A stretch of DNA of 64,000 nt from Ylistrum balloti (taxonomy: Eukaryota): contig NW_026782463.1 in NCBI RefSeq assembly GCF_031769215.1, forward strand, positions 930,001 to 994,000, written 5' to 3'. Below are positions 1 to 11,509 of the stretch, one piece after another. A program made the position numbers and the translations under genes. The notes under the pieces are model-generated. The model was given only the letters and a program-made list of their open reading frames with translations, was not told the origin of the DNA and ran no database searches. Within the stretch, counting starts at the first letter, position 1. Every line of letters starts with the position of its first letter.

Positions 1-525
1 GAGAAGTTAAACATGGAGTGAATCTACAATTTGTTAAGTTTGTGATTCACTTAGAACAGCACGGTCAAGTGCTCTGCTGGTTTTGTAAAATTTTGTCAAA
101 CACATGAACTGATGTATCAATACTTTAACCAGTGTGGGGTTTCCTTGTATCATATTAGGGTTGTGAAGAGGGGATTCCTGTTATACTGTTATTTCAAAAT
201 TATTCATGTTATGCTCTATTCAATGCTTTTTATGTCATTTATTAAGATTGTCAAACACAGATTCCCAAAATACTTGTGTTCAAAGTAGCTTTCCAAGTAG
301 GGTTTTTTTCTGAAGTGGTAGAGTTCAATTAAACAAGAGGTGTATGATTTTTGACACTATGATTTATCATTTAATGATAGTGTACCATGTAACAAGTCAC
401 CTGCCTAAACTGTTTAGGATAGTGTTTCAAATCCTTGATTAACAAATAGGTTATTTTCTCTAATACAGTTATCGACTCTGTTAGAAGTAATATTCTAGAT
501 TGTTTAATGAATTATTATTTTTCAG

Positions 526-719
526 ATGCAGATGGGAATTACGTTGTAAAATTTGGTACACTTTTCAATGATGACGATTGTGCCAACATGTTTGAGGCCC
601 TTGTTGGAACTCTTCGGGCAGCAAAGAGAAAGAAGTACATCACATACAAAGGAGAGATGTTACTCCAAGGAGCTCATGATGATGTGGACATTGTACTTCT
701 GGTAGAGGAAGTAGAATGA
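526..719 (+). CDS. ABRACL: Costars family protein ABRACL, last coding exon (5' exon lies upstream of the window)
   Basis: Translation ADGNYVVKFGTLFNDDDCANMFEALVGTLRAAKRKKYITYKGEMLLQGAHDDVDIVLL matches the Costars C-terminal signature (VKFGxLFxDDxCANxFEALVGTLxAAK...LLQGxHDDVDI). Acceptor ttttcAG ends at 525; TGA ends at 719. Confidence 0.95.
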
Positions 720-1989
720 TACAAAATCAGACCTAGGATGCAACACAATTTCAGGAACAAAATATCTGTTCTATATTATGTGACAATTTGCAATAAGATC
801 ATTATGTGAGGAATAATTTGTAGCTATGCTTTAAAAAGCGTTGTTCAGTGGCTTATATTAACTGTTTACAATCATTGAGATTACAGAAGCACTTCCATGT
901 TGTTGGATATAGGATAACTAACATTTAAAAACATACCTGTCCTGCTATATTAGGTGCTTATGTTGGTTTGATAATCATTTTTTGAAGGAATTATTAACAT
1001 GAGTCCCGGACACCAGTTTTAAAATTTTGGTGCATTCCAATACCAAGAGATACAGCAGGGTCTCACAGAAAAAACATGAGTCAATGACTCAAATATCTTG
1101 AGTCCCAAAAATCACTGTTCAATTTTTAAAGTTTTATTTTTGTTTGGTATTTACATTTACATCTTTATGTGCTGAGGGATCAGGTTTTTTGTCAGCAGCA
1201 CACAGAATTTTTCAATGGTTAAAAAAGAAATATTTGATTGTGTTATTTTTTGTATCACTATTGATGTTGGACAACGTTGATTTCCTTTCAAAAGTTGTTG
1301 TACAAGTACAAAAATGTCTGTAATTGGAGAGATACTGTGTCTGGTTGAGTTAGTGTAGAAGTGATTTCTCTACTAAGTAAGTAGTAGGGGTTTTCTCCCT
1401 AATTCTGAATTTTTGATGATATGCATGTCATGTGTCCAGGCAATGTTCTACAAGATCTCAATATGACATGGATTTTTGTGATATCAATTGTTCCATGTGA
1501 TATCATTTTAAAGTTGTGCAATGTGATATATATTGTATCTTTAGTACCATGCTTACAATTACAACGATATTGATAAGTTTTTCTTAATTCCACATTCATG
1601 TGCCAATACAAGTGCTGAAGGTTGTAGAAGGGTACATCAGTGATCCAGTTAATTTCTTAACCCTGTTAAAGGAGTAATCAACAAGGAAGGGGATTCAAAT
1701 GTGTACTTTCATTTTCACGATTCGCAGTTTCAGATACATAACGAAACTGTAATGTTTGTTTTGACTGATCTAGCCCTGTTGTGTTTGAGTGACATAAAAT
1801 GTCATTAATGAAACGTTATTGCGTAAGATCAAATATCTACTTAATCAGCCCCAGAGGGGTTTACAAATAGATTAATCTAAAACACATATATACTGTACTG
1901 TGCTTATTCAGCAATAAGCTTAGTACTGATAACAACCTCACTCTTATCGTTTAGACTCCAGAAGAAACATCAGGTGTGTACAATGATAG

Positions 1990-2300
1990 AATAAGCCCAC
2001 CTTCCTACTTCTATTCATGAGTTAGGTGTTGGCCCCTGGACTTATTGTCCTGTAATAAGACCACCTTCTACCCTAACTCAGAAGTTAGGTGTTGGTCATG
2101 TGTACTTATTGTCTTGTGATAAGACTACCTTCTACTTTAACTCAGAAGTTAGGTGTTGGCCCCTGGACTTATTGTCCTGTAATAAGACCACCTTCTACTT
2201 TAACTCAGAAGTTAGGTGTTGACATCTGGGCTTATTGTCCTGCAATAAGACCACCACCCTGCTATAAGTCAAATATTAGGTGTTGGCCTCTGGGCTTATT
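1990..2300. repeat. ~63-bp tandem repeat, about 4.5 degenerate copies
   Basis: Unit gttaggtgttggcccctggacttattgtcctgtaataagaccaccttctac...tcagaa recurs at ~2021, 2084, 2149, 2211 and 2277; each unit has a small cttatt/aataag inverted pair. Confidence 0.9.
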
Positions 2301-3984
2301 GTAGGTTAAATACAGTAAATTAACTGGCTCACTGGTTTTGATATTACATGTGTCAAAGAATGTCGTCAATACAATTCAAAAGGATGTCAACATGATGATT
2401 TATCTGGTAGATATAACAAATGTCATTAAGGAAGACTTGGTACTTTATATTTTGATACCTACCTGGAAAAGTTTATACATGTACTTTGTGCTGTATTTTG
2501 AACCATGTTTACATTCACACTTGGCATATATCATTGTTATGCCATGATATTAATTCACACAATATACTGTACATGTTGATTTTGTTACAGAATCTTTATT
2601 TTTTGAAAGAACGTTGTTCTGTGATTTGATAAGGGGAACAAACATATGTTTTTGAGGTTTTCCCCCCCACTCCCCAAAACAGCCATCCGTGGAACCCATG
2701 ATAATTGGAAAGTATTTTGTCTGATGTCCTGAACAGAGAATACATACTACCTATCTTGTTAAGTTTGGATTATTCAAGCAGGGATATTTCTGAGTGTGAT
2801 TTTGGGATTTATTGCATGTTTTTTTTCTCCCTCACAAATGCGTTTGGCATTTACATAATTAAACATAAAATCTCCATCTTATTCCTTTCAAATTTTAAAA
2901 TTCTCTCCTGATAGTGAGGACCCAGAATTATCCCTGGAATAACAGCAAACAGAAATACAGGCTTGAATATTCATGTATCTTTACAAGGTGAATTTTATCA
3001 CCTTAAAAAAAAAAAAATAATTGATGAGGACTGTAATTTGACTAAATCATTTAATATTAGAATATCCTACAAGTACAAAAAAATTGAAACCTGCAATAAT
3101 TTGCCTTCTCATGAACTTGTGCCTTGTCATTAAATACCTTTTGGTTTTTATCAGTTTGATACTCATTTAAATTTATTGATTTTTGATCTTTATATAAATG
3201 ATTATTTTTTGGAAATTTATTTTAGGTACATACGTCTATTCTACAGAAGCAGTATCATACATTCAGTATTCACAGAAATTTCAGAGTAACAAGTTACCTC
3301 CCTTCATATAAAAACTGAATGTTTTCAAATGCTTTGCTTTTGAAATTAACTCTAATCCTTAGATATTGTTTTAAACCAAACATGATTAACACAGGCTTTT
3401 GGGTCATGCATGGAAACCACTGTCTCTCTTCATTAACTGAAATCTATGACTGAATGAATTGATGGCAACTGAGAAATTAACTTATTTTCAATGTAAGGGA
3501 AATGAAGTGTGAGCTTTGCCTCAAAATCAAATATTTACATTGAAATAAAAACAATTCTTCTTGTTGCAGTTTTGAGATTTTATTTTGTGAATCAAAAAGT
3601 TCAAAAGGTTTTTGCACAATAATGTTTTCAGGAGCACATTTTCTGATATGCAATATTACATACAAAGTGTATGTGAGCGTCATGCCCCAACATGAAATAC
3701 TTTTTATATTTGTCGTTTTTAGAGCTCTCTGAGCTACAGGTAACTTTGGAATGTTGAGGTCAGGAAGAAGAGTTCAGGTGAAAGTAATCCATTAAATGTC
3801 TAGTTATATTTGATACCAAGAAGGTTATTCCTGCAGGATATCTCTGTGTAAACAAAGGTACGGGTGAAAATAGATATTCCTCCAAAGACATCAGACACAT
3901 AGGGAAATACATTTTGACCACAGCAACCTTCTCATTAGAAAATTCTTTGTGACCATAGTAGCTGCCCCAAAAGAAAAATAATTG

Positions 3985-5440
3985 ATGATCATTGTGGCCA
4001 TCCCATAGGAAAATGAATGGTGACCATTGTGGCCATCCCATAGGAAAATGAATGGTGACCATTGTGGCCATCCCATAGGAAAATGAATGGTGACCATTGT
4101 GGCCATCCTATAGGAAAATGAATGGTGACCATTGTGGCCATCCCATAGGAAAATGAATGGTGACCATTGTGGCCATCCTATAGGAAAATGAATGGTGACC
4201 ATTGTGGCCATCCTATAGGAAAATGAATGGTGACATTGTGGCCATCCTATAGGAAAATGAATGGTGACCATTGTGGCCATCCTATAGGAAAATGAATGGT
4301 GACATTGTGGCCATCCCATAGGAAAATGAATGATGATCATTGTGGCCATCCTATAGGAAAATGAATGGTGATCATAGTAGCTGACCAATAAGAAAATGAA
4401 TTGTGATGATAACAGCTGACCCAGATGAAAATGAAAGTGACCATGGTGGCCAAACCAGAGGAAAATGAAAGTGACCATGGTGGCCAAACCAAAGGAAAAT
4501 GAAAGTGACCGTGGTGGTCAACCCAGAGGAAAACCAAAGTGACCATGGTGGTCAACCCAGAGGAAAATGAAAGTGACCATGGTGGTCAACCCAGAGGAAA
4601 ATGAAAGTGACCATGGTGGCCAACCCAAAGAAAAATAAATTATGACCATGGTGGTCAACCCAGAGGAAAATGAAAGTGACCATGGTGGTCAACCCAGAGG
4701 AAACTGAATGATAGCCATGTTGGCCAACTTGGAGGAAATGAATGGTGACCATGGTGGTAAAGTGACCATGGTGACCAATCCAAAGAAAAATAAATTATGA
4801 CCATGGTGGTCAACCCAGATGAAAATGAAAGTGACCACGGTGGCCAACCCAAAGAAAAATAAATTATGACCATGGTGGTCAACCCAGAGGAAAATGAAAG
4901 TGACCATTGTGGCCAAACCAGAGGAAAATGAAAGTGACCATGGTGGTCAACCCAGAGGAAAATGAAAGTGACCATGGTGGCCAACCCAGAGGAAACTGAA
5001 TGATAACCATGTTGGCCAACTCGGAGGAAATGAATGGTGACCATGGTGGTCAACCCGGATGAAAATGAAAGTGACCACGGTGGCCAACCCAAAGAAAAAT
5101 AAATTATGACCATGGTGGTCAACCCAGAGGAAAATGAAAGTGACCATTGTGGCCAAACCAGAGGAAAATGAAAGTGACCATGGTGGTCAACCCAGAGGAA
5201 AATGAAAGTGACCATGGTGGCCAACCCAGAGGAAAATGAAAGTGACCATGGTGGCCAAACCAGAGGAAACTGAATGATAACCATGTTGGCCAACTCGGAG
5301 GAAATGAATGGTGATGTGGTGAACTCAGAGGGAAATGATAGAAACCATGGTGGTCAACCCACAGGAAAAAGAATGGTGACCATGGTGGTCAACCCAGAGG
5401 AAAATTAATGGTGACCATGGTTGTTAACCTAGAGGACTAC
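3985..5440. repeat. 34-35-bp minisatellite array (~1.45 kb)
   Basis: Left part unit gaccattgtggccatcccataggaaaatgaatggt (35 bp); right part unit gaccatggtggtcaacccagaggaaaatgaaagt (34 bp), with recurring variant units. Confidence 0.95.
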
Positions 5441-6697
5441 AGCGACAATCTCATTGGAAAATAAATTGTGAGTATAGTAGCTGACCCATTGGTGAACAAA
5501 ATATCTAATTGACACAAATGAAGTCATTGCTGTATTGACAATGTTTTCTCAAAAAAAAATGATAAATAAACTCCACGCGATGTTACGTCCCTTTTCAAAA
5601 CTGGGAAAACTGGTTGAAATTCCTAAAGGAATGAAGTAACTAAAGTCTTGACAAGAATTTTCTAATAATAGTTATGATGACCTTGATCTTCACCCTACAA
5701 CCCTGAAATGAATGTCCTTTATCTACCAAAATTGTCTTTCTAGGGAGTTACGTCCTTCCTACGGTAATGTCATTTGTCGGGTACATATCACATCTTGGAA
5801 AAGGCAGAACAGAATCGGCTTTAGTTGTTCACTTCATGATGTATGCACCTGACAAATACACTCAATACACAGGGTTTTGAGATGCATCTTGATGAAGACT
5901 AGAGAGTTTAACGGTCGTCATAGTGATCTCATTTTGAAATATTCTTTTTCCTTGTACGATATAAAGCTAGTGTTAAATGTTCGTTATTTACCTGTTGGTT
6001 TCGTTGTTGTTTACCGTTTCACATTTGAGAACGTGTCATAATTTAATTGGATTGATAAACGTGTAGTCGATGAACCAGAAGACGCTTACCCTTTCGGTAC
6101 ACCTGGTCTTATTTTTCTTTTTCAGAACTCTCCGTAAAAATCTTTTTTTTTTCATATTTTGTTTTTTTTTCATCAAATTAGATGTTTGAATTTACTTTGT
6201 TTCGTACCCGTACCTAACAGCCGATTTGATTGTACCCGAATCATATATCTACATACGCCTTTACAGGCCTCGGGTCAAATCGACCATTCGATTAGATTGT
6301 ACCGGGATCAGATATCTACATAGACCTAAGTAGGCCTCGACTCGAACCGACCTGTCGATTAGATTACAAACGGTTGATTTTGTTTGATGCAGGTGCGCAG
6401 CGAAATCACTTAGATATAACACATGTACAGTTCTAAATAATTACACCATAAACACGTGTGAATATGTAGTGGTGTAAAACATTTTATGTTACTTACTTAC
6501 AAACAATCTTTATATCGTGGCGATGTTCATATCCGATTTTATTTCAAGCATGTTATTAACATCGTCGTATTTATCAACAACCGCATTATCTACTGTTCAC
6601 TGTTTATACTTCCATTACAATATCGTCTTTTTATTAATTATTACTTATTTTACTACTTAATTACTTACATTGTATTTATTTAACATACAGCTGCCAT

Positions 6698-7140
6698 GTT
6701 AGGTCAATCTAGGAGTATGGACATGTCCCATACTACCAATAGGACGTAACAAACCCTAGAGAGGGCTAAGGGCAAGGCTGCAAGCTTCATAACATGCAGA
6801 GAATAAGGTGGAATGACAAAAATGTTGAAGGACTTGGGCCTGACTCTACTAGCAGATCGCAAGCAAAAGTTGCACCCAACACTATTCTTCAAAATGGTTG
6901 CGGGACTTCATGACACTGAAAGGCAACGACGAGAAATACGCCCGAAAGATTTCAGTGTTTTCCCCTAAAGTAACATCATCGAAAAACATTCATGTAACAA
7001 CAATAGGAGATACGATGTCGCAGACGTGAGAACGGGAGAACTTTAACAACTCATTCTCTCCAGTACCACTATCGCCTGGAACCTGTTGGACGAGAAAAGC
7101 GTCCATAGTGCCACAACTGAGTTCTTTAAGGCTTCAGAGG
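6698..7140 (+). mobile_element. Degenerate 3' remnant of a non-LTR retrotransposon (CR1/L2-like ORF2 C-terminus)
   Basis: Manual translation gives VRSI*EYG... then, after a frameshift, QTLERAKGKAASFITCRE*GGMTKMLKDLGLTLLADRKQKLHPTLFFKMVAGL and later TIAWNLLDEKSVHSATTEFFKAS. These resemble the LEY...LERVQRRAARF...MLxxLGWxxLxxRR...LFYKIVNGL and TIxxWNxLP...FK motifs that follow the RT domain in CR1/L2-type LINEs. Stops and frameshifts are present. Confidence 0.7.
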
Positions 7141-7151
7141 CCTCCAGCAAA

Positions 7152-7245
7152 CCATAAGTAACATAACTCCTCCCCCAATAAGTAACATAACCCCCTCCCC
7201 CAATAAGTAACATAACCCCTCCCCCAATAAGTAACACCCCCTCCC
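7152..7245. repeat. ~25-bp tandem repeat (about 4 copies) at the 3' end of the LINE remnant
   Basis: aataagtaacataacccctcccccc repeated directly after the LINE-like coding remnant. Confidence 0.8.
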
Positions 7246-7458
7246 ATGCATTACATGTGCGTAAGGACCATTACAAACATACATATACAGAGATATGACG
7301 TCATTAAATTAACATTTTTTAAGTGACAAATAACACCAACCCAATTAAAAAAAAAGCTTACGTCGAGTTGTAATTTGTCTTTCAGTTATCACATTTTAGA
7401 AATGATCGACATTGCTAGGGTACCGTGTCAGTTAACCCAAAGTGTTCAATCAACAAAG

Positions 7459-9594
7459 TCACTGATTGTATCGAAGGCACTGCACGTTACCCTTACAACC
7501 ACCGACCCACAGATATCCGTCTTTATCCAGACTGATATCGCAAGGACCATAGAAACCGCCAAGCCTCTGAGAGTTCAGCAAATTCACACACTGGCCATCT
7601 CTGTTCAGCACGTGAATAATGTCCCTGTATATATCGCATAGCAATATCATTCCTGCGGGTGTGCACGTGAGTCCACCAGGACGGAATGAGTGTGCATCTT
7701 CCTCAAATCCGGTGTAAATGAAATTGAGTTTACCGGTGTGGTCAGTCACTACTAGTCTAGCCTCCGCGGAGTCCGTCCAGTCTACTACACATACATCGTT
7801 ATTAGTGTTCTCGTGTATCCTGTAGGGAAGGGAGTAGAGAGCGTTACCTACCGCGTCTTTTTCGAATCTCTGCAGGACTTTGCCCGCTGGCGAAATTTTA
7901 ACGACGAATTGTCTACTGTTCGCGTGTTTGTCCCGAAGACCCCCTCCGACAACCCCGACAAATACGTGACCTTTCGGAGATGCAAACAGCCCACAGGGAT
8001 ACATGCCCTTGAATTTTACGAACCTCGTGACATCCCGGTTAGAGGAAAGCTGCCATATGTGGCTATCATGGACGGCAGAAATCAAGAGATTCCCGTCAAC
8101 ATTCACCGTGATGTCATACACTTTAGCCGAAAGAGTGACTGATCTAAGAACAACCCCGGTCTTTGTCACAAGGCGGATTGTGGAGTCCTCGTGCGCCGCG
8201 ATCCATGCGGATCCGTTCCCATGTGTTACAAGCGCCCAGACCGAATTCTTGGTAAATCTAAATGTGGTGTGAAGTTCTAGATTCAGTCTTAGTGGTCGTT
8301 CGATGCCTTTGTCCTCGATTGTTGTAAGCGCGCCCAGTAACTCGGTCACCTTATCCTGTGATATGTCACTAATAGCCAATGTCGGTGACGGTATTGTACC
8401 CTGGAGTTGTTCTAGTGCAACGTCTAGAGACTGGAGAGTTGATCTTAGCTCCTTGACCACCTGGAAAGCCTTACCAGGCGTACTCATTGTATTTCCTTCT
8501 TTCACAAGGTCCCGAATATGGACTAGACGATCGTCCCATTCTGCCTCTATCCGACTAGACCTTTCCTTTTGCTGTTTTCTATGTTTCGAAAGTATCGCGA
8601 TATTTGCTGCAGTGGTGTTTCTAAGCAGACTCTGAAGTTTTGATTCTCTAGTTTTTATTTCGTTCATTACCTCGTCAAACTGATCCTCATACTTCTGACT
8701 AAATTGTTTGTTTGAGATGATACGGTGATGCAGCTTTGGAATGTAGTTCTCGGTAAGGATATCTAGCATCTCGACAAGCTCCTGTTTCTTTGTCTCTATT
8801 GCGTCACTGACTGGCTCTAACTGGTGCCCGCCATGTAGACAGAAGACACAGTTCGTACAAGCTAACTCGTCACATACTTTACAGTAACTCTCAGCCACCA
8901 CATCTGGATGTTTACTACATGATACCTTAGGATTCGTACTGCTATCCCCTGGCGTATTTTCATCTGATCCGATAACAACTTCAAAATCAGCTTTTGGGAA
9001 CAAATATCCTTCTTCATGTGTCGCGGCGATACCAGTATCCAAGGAGTTATGTGGAAAAGACGTATCGGCATGGACAGTTATTGTAGATGCTGCATCTGGA
9101 GGGGAGAAAGACACCTCGCTTTGGAGGGCGACATCATTCAGGGGTACCACTGGCTCAGTCGGATTTCTCTTGTTTCTGGATAGTATCACCTCTTCATTGT
9201 TATATACAGGCGCTTCATCAATATTGTCTTCCCGGCTAACTGTAGGGCACTGAACTATGTCTGGATATTGTAAAACTGAGCTAACATAACCTCCAAAAAT
9301 TTCTGAATCAAGTTTGATTTGTTCCTCATCAAAAGTATCTATAACTGTTTCGTATTTTGATTTGTTTGTTTCTAAAGATTTTTCAACATCTATTCTTACA
9401 GACATACCCGGATCCTGACCTCCAACGACTAGGCCTTCCTCACCTGTCTGGTAAGCCAATTCATTCAGTTTAGATATTTCAGCAGCCAAATCTTCCTCGT
9501 TGACGTGTGCATAGTTTGAGTCGAAAATCCAGTCGTTCCAGGCTGTGTCCACTGAGGAACACTGCACTAGTCCCGATGTCGAACCGCTGTCCAT
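7459..9594 (-). CDS. RING-less TRIM-like protein: acidic N-terminus, B-box2, coiled coil and NHL-like beta-propeller (TRIM2/3/71-like), 711 aa, single coding exon
   Basis: B-box CSKHPDVVAESYCKVCDELACTNCVFCLHGGH is followed by a helical/coiled-coil segment and propeller repeats (YPCGLFASPKG, LPYRIHENTNNDVCVVDW, FRPGGLTCTPAGMILLCD, GPCDISLDKDGYLWVG). An in-frame TGA 12 nt upstream of the ATG supports 9594 as the start. An acceptor-like ttgcAG at 9608-9607 suggests a 5' UTR intron. Confidence 0.88.
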   Translation of the reverse strand: MDSGSTSGLVQCSSVDTAWNDWIFDSNYAHVNEEDLAAEISKLNELAYQTGEEGLVVGGQDPGMSVRIDVEKSLETNKSKYETVIDTFDEEQIKLDSEIFGGYVSSVLQYPDIVQCPTVSREDNIDEAPVYNNEEVILSRNKRNPTEPVVPLNDVALQSEVSFSPPDAASTITVHADTSFPHNSLDTGIAATHEEGYLFPKADFEVVIGSDENTPGDSSTNPKVSCSKHPDVVAESYCKVCDELACTNCVFCLHGGHQLEPVSDAIETKKQELVEMLDILTENYIPKLHHRIISNKQFSQKYEDQFDEVMNEIKTRESKLQSLLRNTTAANIAILSKHRKQQKERSSRIEAEWDDRLVHIRDLVKEGNTMSTPGKAFQVVKELRSTLQSLDVALEQLQGTIPSPTLAISDISQDKVTELLGALTTIEDKGIERPLRLNLELHTTFRFTKNSVWALVTHGNGSAWIAAHEDSTIRLVTKTGVVLRSVTLSAKVYDITVNVDGNLLISAVHDSHIWQLSSNRDVTRFVKFKGMYPCGLFASPKGHVFVGVVGGGLRDKHANSRQFVVKISPAGKVLQRFEKDAVGNALYSLPYRIHENTNNDVCVVDWTDSAEARLVVTDHTGKLNFIYTGFEEDAHSFRPGGLTCTPAGMILLCDIYRDIIHVLNRDGQCVNLLNSQRLGGFYGPCDISLDKDGYLWVGGCKGNVQCLRYNQ

Positions 9595-10179
9595 ACTTCC
9601 TGTTCACTGCAACTTATGAAACACTATGATACATTAGCTACTGTAGTCCGTCACATAATGTCCGTGTCTTTAGTACATTTGTTTGCATATCACTACCGAC
9701 GTAACGCTTGTAGCGAGATAAGTGTTATCTGTTTATATGTAGTTCATTGCCCATTTATCTCAAGGTCTCTTTAAAAGCACGATACATTTTGGGTCTGTGT
9801 CCTAGCATGGCCAGAGTGTTTAATAATACATATTGTCTATGTTCGAATTTTACATTTTCTTGACAGAATTTTAAGTCACGTCCGTATGGAGTTTTCAATT
9901 AAAACGCAGTAAAATGTCAACTGATTCCTTAATTTCAAATTCAGTCTATCGAAGGCATACCATCGAAACTACGGTTCAGCTCGTTGTAAACTTGCAGTCG
10001 GTCTAGATAGAACACCACATGTCAGTAGAACGCAGACACATCGCCAATATCGGTCTAATGCGGACATAACACATAATTTATTGCAAATAACGAGTTCACG
10101 TGGAAATGAACCCACGATCCGACTGTATTCACTGGTATATTGCAAAAAAAACGTAAAAGACACCAAAAATTATATTTGT

Positions 10180-10400
10180 CTGACACAGATGTAAAAAAAA
10201 AAACAAGACGCCGAATCTACAGATAGTTCTAACACAGATCAAACATATAGGGCGCCGAATCTATTTTCTATATATAGCTCTGACACAGATAAAACAAACA
10301 TGACGCCGAATCTATTTTCTATATATCGGTCTGACACAGATTAAACATACATGACGTTGAATATGATGTCTATATCGGCCTAACGCGGATAATCACTAAT
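10180..10400. repeat. Degenerate ~50-bp tandem repeat
   Basis: Recurring tctgacacagat...gacgccgaatctat motifs, about 4 copies. Confidence 0.65.
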
Positions 10401-10540
10401 ATATCGGTGATTGTCCATGTCAAACTTATCGCTATACTGACAGAGTGAAAACAAGGGCAATAACTCTTGAAGATCATAATCGTAGCACAGTGGTAACGCA
10501 CTTGCATTTCACCTCGACTTCCGCGGTCACCTGGATTTCC

Positions 10541-10926
10541 AAGACGGTAATATCGGTCTTATACGGTGGCTGATTTGTGCCATTTCGTAATTTCGTCTTT
10601 TTTGCCGTGAAAAGACGAGAATCAATCTAGTCTTTTCAGGTTAAAAATCTGGTCTTTTCGCCCCGAAAAGTCGAGAATTAACAAACCTTATCTCCCGGCT
10701 TTTCGTCTTCTCAGGCGAAAAGACGAGTATTTCTGAAGTTCATTTTTCGTCTATTCGGCGAAAAGATGAAAGGGCGAGAGTTAAGGTTTGTTTATTTTCG
10801 TCTTCTAGATTAGATTTTTTCAACCCGAAAAGACAAAATTTAAGGTCGGTTATCAGCATGCATTTATTTCGTCTTTTCGAGGCGAAACGACGAGAACATT
10901 CTTCATTGCCTAATTCGGTTTTACGT
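10541..10926. mobile_element. Probable degenerate MITE built from repeated ttttcgtc...gaaaagacga mini-hairpins
   Basis: At least 5 inverted TTTTCGTC/GAAAAGACGA pairs between 10590 and 10895. The left end tacggtggctgatttgtgccatttcg aligns only loosely with the right end. Confidence 0.5.
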
Positions 10927-11509
10927 GGACAGTATACCAAATCCATGACTATATCGGTGTTACGCGGACAAAACACAGAATATATTGCCCACTTTGGTCT
11001 TAAGTTGACATACTAGTCTATCGCAGAATATATTCAAATTACAGATTTTAAAAAGTTGTATGGTAAAACATGTTTCGTTGATTCGGGCGAAAATCATTGA
11101 TTTCAAGAGGTCAGTATTTATTGATTAAACAATTCTCGGTAGTCTCGCTTTTAGATATATCTTGCCCTTTCAACACTTAACAAACAACATAGCTATTTCT
11201 GGCAGTTACGTGTATCGTTACAAAGTTTATCTCTAGCCTTGTGTCTATGTTAAACGAGACCACCGAGAACTCGTCATAATATTTGTGCAATAGATAACGA
11301 TATGGGTATCTCCAGATAAATGATTGGTCCCTGTGCCAACACGTAAGTTCATCTTTGTGGGGGCGGGGTGGTCTTTTTTTTTTTTTTTTTTAGAGAAACT
11401 GGTTGAACATGCGTGTTACTGCACAGTTAATCTCATATTTATTATGTATACTCAAGACAAGGGTTATCATTCATAAATGCAATCAAGTTGAGTTAGGTAA
11501 GAGAGTTTT

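Noticed and set aside
3760-5293. Overlapping minus-strand ORFs (MATMVTFIF... repeats)
   Set aside because: These are translations of the 34-35-bp minisatellite in several frames, with no splice or domain support.
7813-8635. Plus-strand ORFs opposite the TRIM-like gene
   Set aside because: Antisense shadow ORFs with no recognisable domains.
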